Below, piece after piece: positions 36,861-48,719 of a stretch of DNA of 64,000 nt (its first letter is position 1; every line of letters starts with the position of its first letter). Where the stretch lies: assembly GCA_030295235.1 (NCBI GenBank), contig AP026137.1, positions 248,001 to 312,000 on the forward strand, in the 5' to 3' direction. The stretch is from Fistulifera solaris (lineage: Eukaryota). The notes under the pieces were generated by a model. It searched no databases. It was not told the origin of the DNA and was given only the letters and a program-made list of their open reading frames with translations. The position numbers and the translations under genes are program-made.

Positions 36861-37772
36861 CTAGTGAGGAACTAAATTTCGTGGCGTTCCCCATTCAATT
36901 GGATCGTCTACTGATGTTGGCGTTTCCTTTGATTCGCTCATCCATTCCCAACGATCCCACATGAGAGCCCCTGTCACATCGTGTTTATGAATGAGTGAGA
37001 CACAAAATGAGGAATTAGATGAAATTGGCAAACAATGAATTTTCATACGCACCTGGTGTACCGGCCATGTATTCCAGACGGTCGGGACGAAACCGGAATG
37101 CTTGCACACATTCTTCCATCTCTTCCATCGAAATACGATCGTTTTCCAAATCTTGTCGCGTTTGTTGCAAAATTTGAGTCCAGTGTGCTTTAACTCCTGT
37201 TCCTTGACGCGTATCCGTGGGGTTACCAGCTTCTGCCGCCCATCGACGCGATGCCATCATGCCCGTCAACGAAAAGACCGGTAACTCTTCTTGTAAGTCA
37301 GCCAGTGGAATCGGGACGCAATTACCTTCCCCACGATATTGCTCGGCCGATTCTCCGGGTACGAAACGTCCCTGGGTATGCAACAACGAAACTGGTGTCG
37401 ATTCAAGAAGCTTTTGCGCCGTTGCGCCTCCAGCCTTAAAAATCATATCGAACCCGGCCGGTGACACTCGTAGAATATGAACGGTGCGTAAATTAGGGGC
37501 TTTATCCTCCTGACGAAGACAATAAGAGCGTTTCAGATCATTCTCCGTCACAACAGAAAACGACCACACGCTTCACTCACCATCGGCACCGCCACCGCAC
37601 ACACCCAATGAGCATCATTCAATCGATATCCTTGTTCATCACACAATTTTCTCCCGGAACATTCTTGACGGAGAATTTCCAATGGATTCGATCCGGGCGA
37701 TTTCGTCGCGACGGAGCGTCGAGAGAAGGTAGCAGAACTCGTCTTCAACAGCCCTCGTGCCACCCGTATCAT
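36861..37772 (-). CDS. Pyridoxamine 5'-phosphate oxidase-like FMN-binding split-barrel protein, spliced
   Basis: Mitochondrial-type N-terminus MIRVARGLLK; PNLRTV, QYRGEG, FRFRPDRLEY, DRWEW and W...L.P motifs; two probable introns (about 37510-37579 and 36971-37051). Confidence 0.6.
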
Positions 37773-38554
37773 CCTGTCTGCCCTTTTCGAACTTTTGCAC
37801 GACTTGCAAGAGTATTTGATTTCTTGGCTATAGTTAATTGCAGTGAGAACTGCTCTTTCTTGATTACTCAATTCTTGGTGATGTGACTTATGACGACGAT
37901 CGGTCGCGTTTTGTGACAGCTTCGCATTTTCATAGCTTTCGCGACACGCGCCAAAAAGGACGATCGCGCGCCGCGTTAAATTCGAGTCTCGTGACTGACT
38001 CGTGACTCGACAACTGGACGCGACGCGCGACGACGACGACGAGGCGACATTATTTTTTTTTTGGTCGATGCGGGGGCTGTCGCCAATTCCCGCATTGCTT
38101 TGACGTTGCTGCTCGTTCACCATAGAGCAGCTCGCGAGCATTTGGGACTCGACATGCTTTGATCAGTTCCACAAGGATGGATATGGAGAAAAAGGCAACA
38201 TCGATTAGTGCATCGAAGTGACCACAGTTATAGCTGCCTATAGCATATTCAAAAGAATTAGATTTAAGAAAAAGTTATACGCGTATGACTATAAATCAGA
38301 CAGCGGTCGTTACGTTTGCCTCCCCACATTTAGCTCGCAACAGAGCTCTTATGAAATGTCATCGGGTAGGAGGATAGTTGCTACGCATTGTGGTTTTATC
38401 GAGAATCTTGCGAAATGATGATACCCAGCACTGCGACTACTACAAAAAAGCACGGTCTTTCTAGCTGGCATTGCGGTCGTCGTTGTATAGTACTTTCCGA
38501 CGTTCTTTCTGTTTCTCAAAACAGTCAAGACGCAAAATAGCTTGCTACTCTATT

Positions 38555-39352
38555 CTACGACACCGACTCTGGTTCCACAAATAGAACAGGGCTCAGCGAT
38601 TTACATGCTAGCCAATCGGCTACAAGATTCCATATTCTTTCGTCCGACGGAATGGAATGCCCTCCCGGATAGTGCAACTGATTCGTCTTGCAGCCACGAC
38701 GTTTCAAAGCTTCTTCCACTTGCACAGCTTGCTCCGGTGGGTTGATCCGGTCTTGAGCACCGATAATCTGCAGGAACTCCAGATTCTTCGAGTCTTCGTC
38801 AAGAGAGGTAGGAGGAACTGAAGAAAACAACTGTTCGGAAAAAGGATTGGGCCAGGAGACTCCATTCAAAATAAAACGTCGCATCGACGATGACGCTAAT
38901 CGATCTTCAGCCAGCATAGCCACTAACAGGATGGCGCCTTGTGAGTGCCCGAATACGACATCGAATTCATTCTTATGTAATGTTTGTGTCACTAGTGTGG
39001 CACTTTCCTCATAGCCCGGATAAGTAGTTGCTGTAAAGGAGCGTTCTCCTGGTTTCAGTTGCCACCATGCATATCCAGAACCTTTGCTGAAAGGAGCTTG
39101 AATTGTCGTTATCTCACGATTGACGTGTCTCAGATATCCTTCTAACAATGTCTGTAAGGAGTCAGCTCGTCCTTCACTGCCATGTAACGCCAAGATACGG
39201 AGAGACGATTCCGTTTCGTCGCCATTCTTCATCGATGCTCCGAGTTGAGAAGCAGTGCCCCAAGAAGTCGCGTATATCGGCGTGTGTCGAATAAATCCAA
39301 AAGCTGCGGACCAAAAACTGCATGCGCGAAGTAGCATGAGCCCATTACGCAT
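38555..39352 (-). CDS. FSH1-family serine hydrolase
   Basis: LRILALHG, nucleophile GHSQG, GAQD and YPGGH; signal peptide ending SAAF. Confidence 0.85.
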   Translation of the reverse strand: MRNGLMLLRACSFWSAAFGFIRHTPIYATSWGTASQLGASMKNGDETESSLRILALHGSEGRADSLQTLLEGYLRHVNREITTIQAPFSKGSGYAWWQLKPGERSFTATTYPGYEESATLVTQTLHKNEFDVVFGHSQGAILLVAMLAEDRLASSSMRRFILNGVSWPNPFSEQLFSSVPPTSLDEDSKNLEFLQIIGAQDRINPPEQAVQVEEALKRRGCKTNQLHYPGGHSIPSDERIWNLVADWLACKSLSPVLFVEPESVS

Positions 39353-39599
39353 CTTCTGTTGGAAAGACGAAGCTCATCAACAGTCCATTTGTTTGACTCT
39401 CTTCATCTGCTTAGACTTATACGTACTAATAGGAAAAGTGCCTTAAAGTCGTCCCGGTATTCAAAACGTTATAGAAATTAGAGCCGCTACGACAATCAGG
39501 CACATAGTCTGCCCGCGGACCGTTAGCAGCAGCAGCAACTTTGACACAAACACCGTTATTACTGACAATAAAAGCCGTTCTCATCTAAAAACAACCAAA

Positions 39600-40680
39600 A
39601 TGCGAGTTTCAAAGCGTTCTATCTCTTCTCTGAGTCCCCAAAGTCATGAGGAGTCGTCTCACAAGCGGCAGCGAACGAAAAGCCCCGAGCGATTGTGTTC
39701 GGCGGCAGATCAGCCGCCCGTCGGCCAGAGTCAACATTTTGATCTTTTCTTTGATTCTGACGCTTCCTTAGCGAACGTGGAGCCAAAAGACGATCGTTCT
39801 TCGTATCTTCACTTATCCTCTGAGGGAATGGAGTCGATGGGAGAAGTGATGCCCATGGCCTTGTTCCAGGAGTCGTATCAGTCTGATCTCAAGTCGAAGG
39901 ACCCGCTCGACTTCAGCGCGGCCTCTGTTGAATCTGTTCGACCTGGTGATCTTTCTGAGTTTTCTCCGTCACTCATTGAGGAGTCTGTTGATGTTCAAGT
40001 GGCGCAGGAAGCCGGTGTCGATCTTGCGTATGAAACATCGAAATGCCATCAGTCCGCAAGCACACCTGGCTTCCGTCCCGCCTTTATCGAAAATCACGGA
40101 GGACTCGAGCAAGAATGACGAACCATCTTTGTGTCCCTTCTCGTAGAGGCGTCACCTTTGCACCGCAGGTTGTGGCGGGTGTGACGGAGATTCCCAATCG
40201 CTCTCACGTGGACGAAAGAAGAGAAGGAAAGCATGCATTCCGACGGACGAACATTGAAGGCGGAGGGTGATATGAGGTTCGTGGAGCGTGAGTTCGAATG
40301 CAGTCGGTTCTGTCTGGATAATGTCGTGGAAGAAGATGAGTTTTTCCGGGATCACCTTGGAGAAATGGTCCATCCAGCATATTTTCACGCTTATGTGCGA
40401 TGTTATTCCACTTCTTGCTTCCGATCCACATCCCGGGATCTTTACACGCCCCGAATTTCGAAAGGCGATGATGCATTACTCCAAGTTTTATGACGACGCC
40501 CGTTCTGCAAAAGCGCTTTCACCCCAAGGAGGCAGAAAATGCGATGCAAGTTGTGGGCGTCGGCGCCTTCGTCGCCGCCGTCGTACATCGCGATCGTAGC
40601 TGCTGTGCTTATTGTTGCGTTTGTTTCTGAAGCTTTGACAATGTTGGTAGATACGTCCAATCCATGCCGGGATATCCATT
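39600..40680 (+). CDS. Uncharacterised SILK/RVxF/HLGELxHPAxF family protein, subfamily C copy 3
   Basis: MRVSKRS...KRQRTKSPE, RKPVSILRMKHR, RRGVTFAPQVV and EEDEFFRDHLGEMVHPAYF. Near-identical to 43299-44390; the 3' end is approximate. Confidence 0.75.
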
Positions 40681-41408
40681 TGAGTGCATCGTCGTTTTTA
40701 TGTTGCTGTTTTGCCGTAATTCGTAATCATTGCCCCTTCCAATTTCTCCTTCCATTACGTTGCCAGAGCCAGTTAATTGGACGATTCTGCTTACCGATTC
40801 ACTGTTAGTGGTCTAATAAAGTATTATTAGAATATCGTTAGCGTTTTACTTCATTTCTTACTATTGCCGACAAGCCTGTTTTCGACTCAACAGTAGCATG
40901 TACCACGTAGCAGCAGCCAGGAAAGCTTACACTACAGGTATTTCTCACCATACTTTGTAGTCCTTTTCTTAAAGAATAAAGCCTAATACTTTGGTTCGCG
41001 TTTACTTGCAGTGGTAGCATGAATCTAAATGGCAAGCCAAGCAATAGTGCCGAATGTCGCTATTGAGCTATCCTTTCGTATGACACCCAAGGAAGGCGGG
41101 AACCCCATTGACAAACAATGTTTAGAAACCTAGGGCGAAGGACTATACGCTAATAGTTCTAGAAAAAGTTGCATGGACAGCAACATTCTATTTTCGAGTG
41201 ATCCCGATTTTCTAGAACACTACTCACGTAAATAATGTCATGAGTAAAATGTGCAAACAGATTTAAATGCGAAATCTTCAACTATCATTTAATTTGAAGC
41301 TGACGTGCATAAACACAAAACGACAACATTCTCAGAATTCTCCCGGCCGGAAAAGCACTTTGCGCCAATACAAAAGGACAAACGAACCCAGGCAACTCGA
41401 ATTCACAT

Positions 41409-43041
41409 TTAACGGATGACTAAACGAGATCCAAGCGATGGAGAAACGCAAATACCACTAGCACCGTGGGCGAGATCGAATTGGAGACGCATCAACTTTC
41501 CAGATACACAACATCTCATCCGAACCCATGGAAGCGAGCTTGCAACCATCGGGCTCATATCCATTGTCAAGATGCGGCCTTTGTGCGTAGACAAACTCTG
41601 AATCGGCTCCATCTTCGGGTAACTCCACGCAACGACCACGTTGCTTGGACTAGAGGTCGAAAAGCCATGGCTGGAATACAACTCCTGATGATGCCGGCCC
41701 CATATCAACGAAGAAACTTGACTATTGGTCGGCAGCTCTTCAACATATTCCGGAAATGGCACTCCACAGCTTGATGCAGCCATCGGCAGTTCCACCGCCA
41801 GTCGCTAGAGCATATCGCCGATAAGGACACCACGCCAGTCCCTTGACAGCCGCCGTGCGATTCCAGCATAAGTCGAGGTCCGGCATTGTTGGTCATGGAA
41901 CGATCCCAAAGATGAACTGTGTTGTCATTTCGACCGCTCGCGAAGGCACGTTCCTTCGGCGTTCCAGGCCAGGTTGCAGACTGACAACACACCTGACGAT
42001 GGCGCTGATCCAGGCACGGTCATCCCTGTGACAGAGCGAGAGCGCAAGTCAAGATTCACAATCTCACTGTTGGCACATCCAGCCGTCAACCAGTTCAGCG
42101 AATCGTTCCAGCAGAGTGCGCTGAACTGGGCTTCTTGCCGAGGTCAAGGAGGTGTGGACAACTTCTTTGTTACTGATCGTGTCGTACACGCCGAACAAAG
42201 CCTGAACTCGTTCCTACTGCCAGCAGGTGCGTCATCCCGTCCATTGTGCACCACTTAACAGATCGAACGTAATTCGAGGTCTCGTTTTCATCAACAGATG
42301 TGATACCGAGCCCGCAATCTCATGGACGGCACGAGTAGACTTCGTTCATGACGTACACAGACGATCCCAGAGCCACAGCAAGCAAATTGTCCTTACTCCA
42401 GCTGAGTGGATGCGTATAGTAATCATTCACAATATCCGGTGCATCAAGAACAACTTCAGGACGGGAATGGATAACACGAGCAGCGTTTACAATGACCTTT
42501 TCAGCCGTCAAGGTCGGGGAAGGACGCCAAGAAGTCCATCGCGAAAGGGTCCGCAGCAACGATAGGACGACGATTACTTGTCGTGGAAGGAGAAACAGAG
42601 CCGTACTTCAAAAGAGACTTCAATTGAAGCTCGTCATCGAGATTACTGGTCGAAACGTTGCACAGCGTGCTCAACAGGTGCTTCTCGTACGCGAGTTTCG
42701 TCGAACGAGCTGCGGAAGTAGGATCGGCGCAAGCAACACTGGACGATTCACACGACTTGGACGCAGAATTCAGCTTCCGACGACACAAATCCATATTCAT
42801 GCGACGACGAGACGGAATGAAACGATCCAAATCGTCACGAGGAGCAGTTTGCGGCGTAAACAAACGACGATGATGATGAGCAGTCGAACGCATGCGAGGG
42901 ACTGGAGTTTTAATCATCTGCGGAGTGCGAGGCGCGACAGTCATGCGCTCCGCGGTTTCCAGGATGATTAGGAGTTGATAGATGAGTATGCGAAAGCATA
43001 TCAGAGGATAGAACGTTGTTTTGAGAGCAAGAATACACCAT
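41409..43041 (-). CDS. CDC20: Cdc20/Fizzy APC/C coactivator copy 4
   Basis: ATG at 43041, C-box DRFIPSR, VLDAPDIVNDYYTHPLSWS and IR tail LGSRLVIR*. Closest to copy 1, including the 3' flank. Many indels. Confidence 0.9.
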
Positions 43042-43298
43042 GGTGTGATTTTTGGTTCAAAGCAAAAATTAAATTATGCGGATAAGGCTTGCTGCGGTAC
43101 AAAATTGTACGTGGGGATACGCTATGTAGGGATTTGTACCACGAACCACGTAGGCTTACATTATACAATACAGACTGCATTATACCGTACGGCAACTGTA
43201 TGGCCGCAGCAACGTTTGACACAATACCAGGTAAACTCAATAAAACAACGCTGTTGCTGATAATAATCTTTATTCTCATCTATAAACAAACAAACAAA

Positions 43299-44390
43299 AT
43301 GCGAGTTTCAAAACGTTCTGCCTCTTCTCTAAGTTCTAAGAATAATGAAGAGCCTTCTTGCAAGCGGCAGCGAACGAAAAGCCCCGAGCGATTGTGTTCG
43401 GCGGCAGATCAGCCGCCCGTCGGCCAGAGTCAACATTTTGATCTTTTCTTTGATTCTGACGCTTCCTTAGCGAACGTGGAGCCAAAAGACGATCGTTCTT
43501 CGTATCTTCACTTATCCTCTGAGGGAATGGAGTCGATGGGAGAAGTGATGCCCATGGCCTTGTTCCAGGAGTCGTATCAGTCTGATCTCAAGTCGAAGGA
43601 CCCGCTCGACTTCAGCGCGGCCTCTGTTGAATCTGTTCGACCTGGTGATCTTTCTGAGTTTTCTCCGTCACTCATTGAGGAGTCTGTTGATGTTCAAGTG
43701 GCGCGCAGGAAGCCGGTGTCGATCTTGCGTATGAAACATCGAAATGCCATCAGTCCGCAAGCACACCTGGCTTCCGTCCCGCCTTTATCGAAAATCACGG
43801 AGGACTCGAGCAAGAATGACGAACCATCTTTGTGTCCCTCCTCGTAGAGGCGTCACCTTTGCACCGCAGGTTGTGGCGGGTGTGACGGAGATTCCCAATC
43901 GCTCTACGTGGACGAAAGAAGAGAAGGAAAGCATGCATTCCGACGGACGAACATTGAAGGCGGAGGGTGATATGAGGTTCGTGGAGCGTGAGTTCGAATG
44001 CAGTCGGTTCTGTCTGGATAATGTCGTGGAAGAAGATGAGTTTTTCCGGGATCACCTTGGAGAAATGGTCCATCCAGCATATTTTCACGCTTATGTGTAC
44101 GATGTTATTCCACTTCTTGCTTCCGATCCACATCCCGGGATCTTTACACGCCGAATTCCGAAAGTCTATGATGCAATACTCCAAATTTTATGACAACGCC
44201 GTTCTGCAAAAGCGCTTTCACCCCAAGGAGGCTGAAAATGCGATGCAAGTTGTGGCATCGAAGTGCCTTCGTCGCCGCCGTCGTACATCGCGATCGTAGC
44301 TGCTGTGCTTATTGTTGCGTTTTGTTCTGAAGCTTTGAACATTGCTGTTATCGACATCCAATTCATGCGTGGGATCTGCACCTGAAAGTG
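43299..44390 (+). CDS. Uncharacterised SILK/RVxF/HLGELxHPAxF family protein, subfamily C copy 4
   Basis: ATG at 43299, SILR at 43719-43730, RGVTF at 43846-43860 and FFRDHLGEMVHPAYF. Divergent from Cdc20 copy 4; the 3' end is approximate. Confidence 0.75.
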
Positions 44391-44814
44391 CATCGTCGAT
44401 TTTCGTTCTCATTATTCGTCATGTTTTGTCCTTTCCGTTTCTCCATCCATTATTCCGAGCATCTCATCAGAATTACCTTTTGAGATAGAAGACGATTAAT
44501 AATATATAGCGTTCTGATTTTCGTTACAGCAATTAGTTTAAGCTGTGGTATCAATTAGTTCAAATCGTTCTTTCTTCAAGTGCGTTTTCGACCGGAGTAC
44601 ATTTTTGCAGTGTCATGTTGAAGTCATACAATCCTGTTTAAGTTCGTACTTTGCTTCATTGGGTTGGTTTGATTCCAAGAGAGGCTGCAGGATCTAAGTC
44701 CATTGGAAACGCGATGGTCTGATATCATAACTCAGTTCCGATCAATTGCATGCTAGGAGAAGTCCTGTTCAAAAGGCCGAATTCTTTGTGTGAATGACAA
44801 CAATTATGGGCTTG

Positions 44815-45318
44815 TCATGTGACATATGGTTCGACACAACTGAGATCTTCGTAAACGATTTCTTTGGTTATGACATTCTCCAACTGCACCCGATTCCATC
44901 GATGAGGATACTTTCGCTTATTGAATTGGAGGATAGCCGAGACCCGATAAAGATCATTGTCGCGATACACATAATCTTTGACTTGAATATCTCGTTCTTG
45001 CACACGCGCTTGAGAAAAGGGCGCCGCACACAGCGGCCACGGTCGGGGATGGCGATTTTTCCGTTTCGGCGGTGTGGGACGACGTTCGTCATCGACATAT
45101 TGTGGATCTTGGTGACGACTCCGACGGCGTTCGGGTAATTCACGGATCCATGCGGTAGGAATCTCTTCGTCTTGCTCGTTGCTGACCCAACGCACCCATA
45201 TTTTGCTGGGGTTGGTCGAAGTTTTGTTGAGGATCTTGCGAGCCGCATGCTCCGCTTTCGGAAAATGCACCCAAATTAAATCGCCCAATACGACATCGGA
45301 AGCCGGTTTGCCTTTCAT
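44815..45318 (-). CDS. Hypothetical protein with a possible Tudor/PWWP-like N-terminal barrel
   Basis: ORF MKGKPASDVVLGDLIWVHFP...IWVRWVS...EEIP followed by a basic linker; domain call is by eye only. Confidence 0.45.
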   Translation of the reverse strand: MKGKPASDVVLGDLIWVHFPKAEHAARKILNKTSTNPSKIWVRWVSNEQDEEIPTAWIRELPERRRSRHQDPQYVDDERRPTPPKRKNRHPRPWPLCAAPFSQARVQERDIQVKDYVYRDNDLYRVSAILQFNKRKYPHRWNRVQLENVITKEIVYEDLSCVEPYVT

Positions 45319-45743
45319 TTTTCGTGATAACTGTTCGAGTTCCTGGATAAAAGTGATAAGGAAAGCGAAGGAAAAAGGAAAAGTGTAATATGAATGCAAA
45401 TAAATAATAATGATCTGCTTCTCAATGATAAAAGGAAGCGACTCATCGCGACGACGACGAGCGGCGCATTTTTCGCGTTGAAGTTTTTTCGCTGCAAACG
45501 TGAGCCCCTTGTGACGCGCGACACGTGACTGGCTATCGTTGCCTTGTGCTTGTGCGACACGGCGCGGTACACTCTGAAGTATACCACGTAGCTCCAGCCG
45601 TCTGTGTGTGTAGAAACGCTACGGCAAGTTACGCTCGCCCTCATCTTCTCCAAAAAGTTCTGTTGTTATTTTCTTCTTTCGTTGTAGGTGTACTTGATCT
45701 TATCTTTACCTGCCTGTAATTAATTCGTTTAAATACTTTTGTT

Positions 45744-46302
45744 ATGACATCGACACGCCACACACTCGAAGGCACCTGGATTTTAGACAAAACGCGGCCG
45801 GATTGGAGCATGACACCCTATCTGCAAACGATGCAAGTCGACCCGCTCGCGATTGAAGCCCACGAGAAGGGAGATCTCGAAGCCGATACGTTTCATACCA
45901 TTCAATTTCTTCCGGAAATCGCGTTCAGCTCATCAAAAGAAGTCGCGTGAACAATGATTTAGTCGTTGATTTGGAATTGGGGATGGAACAAGTCGAACAT
46001 TTGTCACCCGGACAGCGTCCGAAGACTATGATTGCGACGGCCGATCGGGCGCGAACTTTTCTCGAAATTCAATCCACTTTGCAAACGATGGGCAACGGGA
46101 CTGCCAGTGTCCGAGACATTAAGCGATTGCACCACGAAAACGAGGCAGTTGTGTTGATACAGGAATTGACGATTACGAATGAACGCACGGGGGCATCGCA
46201 TTCCTTGCAACGAACCTTTTACCCTATTACGATACTCCGCCTCATTTAGTTGTTGAGGAAACGGAAGAAGTGAATACTTAGGAAGGTGATGTAGATGTCT
46301 GA
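45744..46302 (+). CDS. Hypothetical protein, lipocalin/FABP-like
   Basis: LEGTWILDK start motif; two overlapping ORFs joined by an apparent frameshift near 45920. Confidence 0.5.
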
Positions 46303-46413
46303 AAAAATTAGGGTCAGAAGGCTACCTGTTTTCGCGATTTCTATCACGCATGAAAGGATCGAAAAGGTCCGGCAAGACACAAGATTAAAATGAAAATCAA
46401 CAACCTAAGTAGA

Positions 46414-48158
46414 CTATAACGACGTTAACTTCAACTCCTCCAGGAAACTCGTACTGTTGTGCACTGTTGTACCGGCCAAGACGACAGGAATACCACCGTT
46501 CGGCAATTTTGCTTGTTGCTCGTTGTACTCGGCAATCTTGGTTCCTTCCTCATACGTGATGCCCCCACCACAAATAGTAACACTTGGTCCGGCACTCCGC
46601 CGGAAGAACCTGGGGCGGCAGGATACGTCCGTGATGACAACTTGCCCTTAATCAAGGCATGCAAGGTTTCCATCAAAAGCGGAACGTGTTGCGCGTATAC
46701 ATTTTCCACACCCTGTACACTCGTCATGAACGATTTGGTCATTTTTGACACCAAGTTCACGTGATCGCCTTCGCCAAACAATCCCGGTCCCCGCGATTTC
46801 ACGCCACCGTATCGTAACATCACGGGTACTAAGTTTACAAAATCAGCGGGGACACCGCCTTTGCTCATGGCCTGCTGAACCATGTGTATATTCCCCGATA
46901 CTTCGTAACGCAAGGCAAACAACAATCCGAGACGTAGTTTGTCGGCCATTTTGATCGTGCGACTCTGTAATTTTTCCAGCAGTTCACGCCAGTGTGCCGT
47001 GTGATCGTCCGTACAGGCCAGTTGCTGTTCAAATTGTGACACATCCATGAGCGAACATACTTCGACCAGACGTGCCAGTTCGCCCATAATTGCCACGTGT
47101 TTCGACACGGTGTGCGATCGCGAGCGCAACTCGGGAAATTTGTCCATAAATGCCTGCATTTCTTCAATGGTATTAAGATTCTCGACACTGTGCTGTGCCG
47201 TGTGTTTCTGGTAATCCTTCAACATGGTCTGGATGGCTTCTCCGAGTTCGCCAAAATTGCGGTGTCGATTGGTCCGAAAAAAGTCATCTTGTGTCGATGA
47301 CAATACCACTTCTTCCAAATCTTTCGAAACATTCGGTGCACCCTTAAGTAACACACGATGGTTGTTCAATCCCAACAATTCGTGTACCATGGCTTGATAC
47401 GTCCATTGACTTAATAGAGGCGTCACCGGATCATCCCGTCGATCCAATATCAAAACATGCAAACCGCCTTTACTACTACTGGGAGTGCGAAAATGAAAAA
47501 TATCATCGTTTTGAATCGCATCGTGCAAATCTTGGGCCAATTCTTCGGCACACGCCGAATGTGCCGCATAACGGATACACGTCGGTTGTTGTTTCATCGC
47601 CAAGAGCATGGATTGCAATCCTTGTAAATTGCGTTCGTACTGCAGAGCGTGTTTGGGGGCCCAACTGGTCCCGGCCGCGACCGTCATGGCCAAACTAGAA
47701 CGTGACATGTGCAAAGTCCATAAATCTTCATTGATCGGGACAAAATCGGCGTACAATTCTTGGACTTGCACAACTTTTTCGGACGTATCGTGTTGTGCTA
47801 AAGCTCGTAACAATCCGGTGGAAAGAATTCCCGAAACGAAAATATGATATTCCGCAAATCGTGATTGCTCCAGTTCTTTGCCAATGGCTTCAATACTGGA
47901 GGGAGTCGGTCGCACAAAACAGACGGCTTTCAAATGACTTCCTCCCGACGACAACGACGGCGACGTGATACTCGAGACCAAATAGACTTTCTGATTCATA
48001 ATTTCCGTTTGCGAATAAACCGAAGCCACAATTTGTGTCGTCACTTCATCCAACAGTAAGACTTTCATTCCGTGACATTTCCCATCTCCGTGAATGACTC
48101 GATCGATGTACTGTTTGATAATCTCAATCCCGTTCATAGAATGATGTTTGGGCGGCAT
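46414..48158 (-). CDS. VPS45: Sec1/Munc18-family protein Vps45
   Basis: GMKVLLLD, HLKAVCFVRPT, ILDRRDDPVTPLLSQWTYQAMVHELLG and VENVYAQHVP. A frameshift near 46565 restores GGITYEE...NSTSFLEEL. Confidence 0.95.
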
Positions 48159-48719
48159 GTTTTCGCAAATTGTGTTTTTGAATTTGATTATTGGGTAGGT
48201 TTGCGGGGTGATGTACTTGTCTGCTGGAAGAGACTCTGTTTAAAAAATAATATAGCTCACTCGAACGATTTTAAAGAGGATACGGTGCGCACTCTTTCGT
48301 TTTCGCAAACACTGCTTCTTTTTCTCGCTTATCGCTTTTTCAACGGATGAAAATCGTGTGACAAAGATTACGGATAAGAGAAAAGACGGATCTGTATTAC
48401 GCCGTCTTTAACATAAATAATGCGCCGCCATGGTCATTGCATTTTCTCGTTTTTCATTCAAGCTAGTTTTACTCGGTAGCGGGTGACGGAAGGACTAAAG
48501 GTGAGGAGTCATACGATCTGTCGTATCGCGGATGAGCAGAATTTCGGTTACCTAAACGGGTGTTGGTAAGACAATTTCAGCGACTGTGAAGTGAAGAGTG
48601 GACGGACCTCGAAAACATTTTTTTGTTGTTGCATTGAAAGCATTGGTTGTTTGTTGTTTATTTATTCTTTGATTTGGAAAGAGAAGAAGCGTTTGGGAAG
48701 CAGCAATCATTATCCTCTG

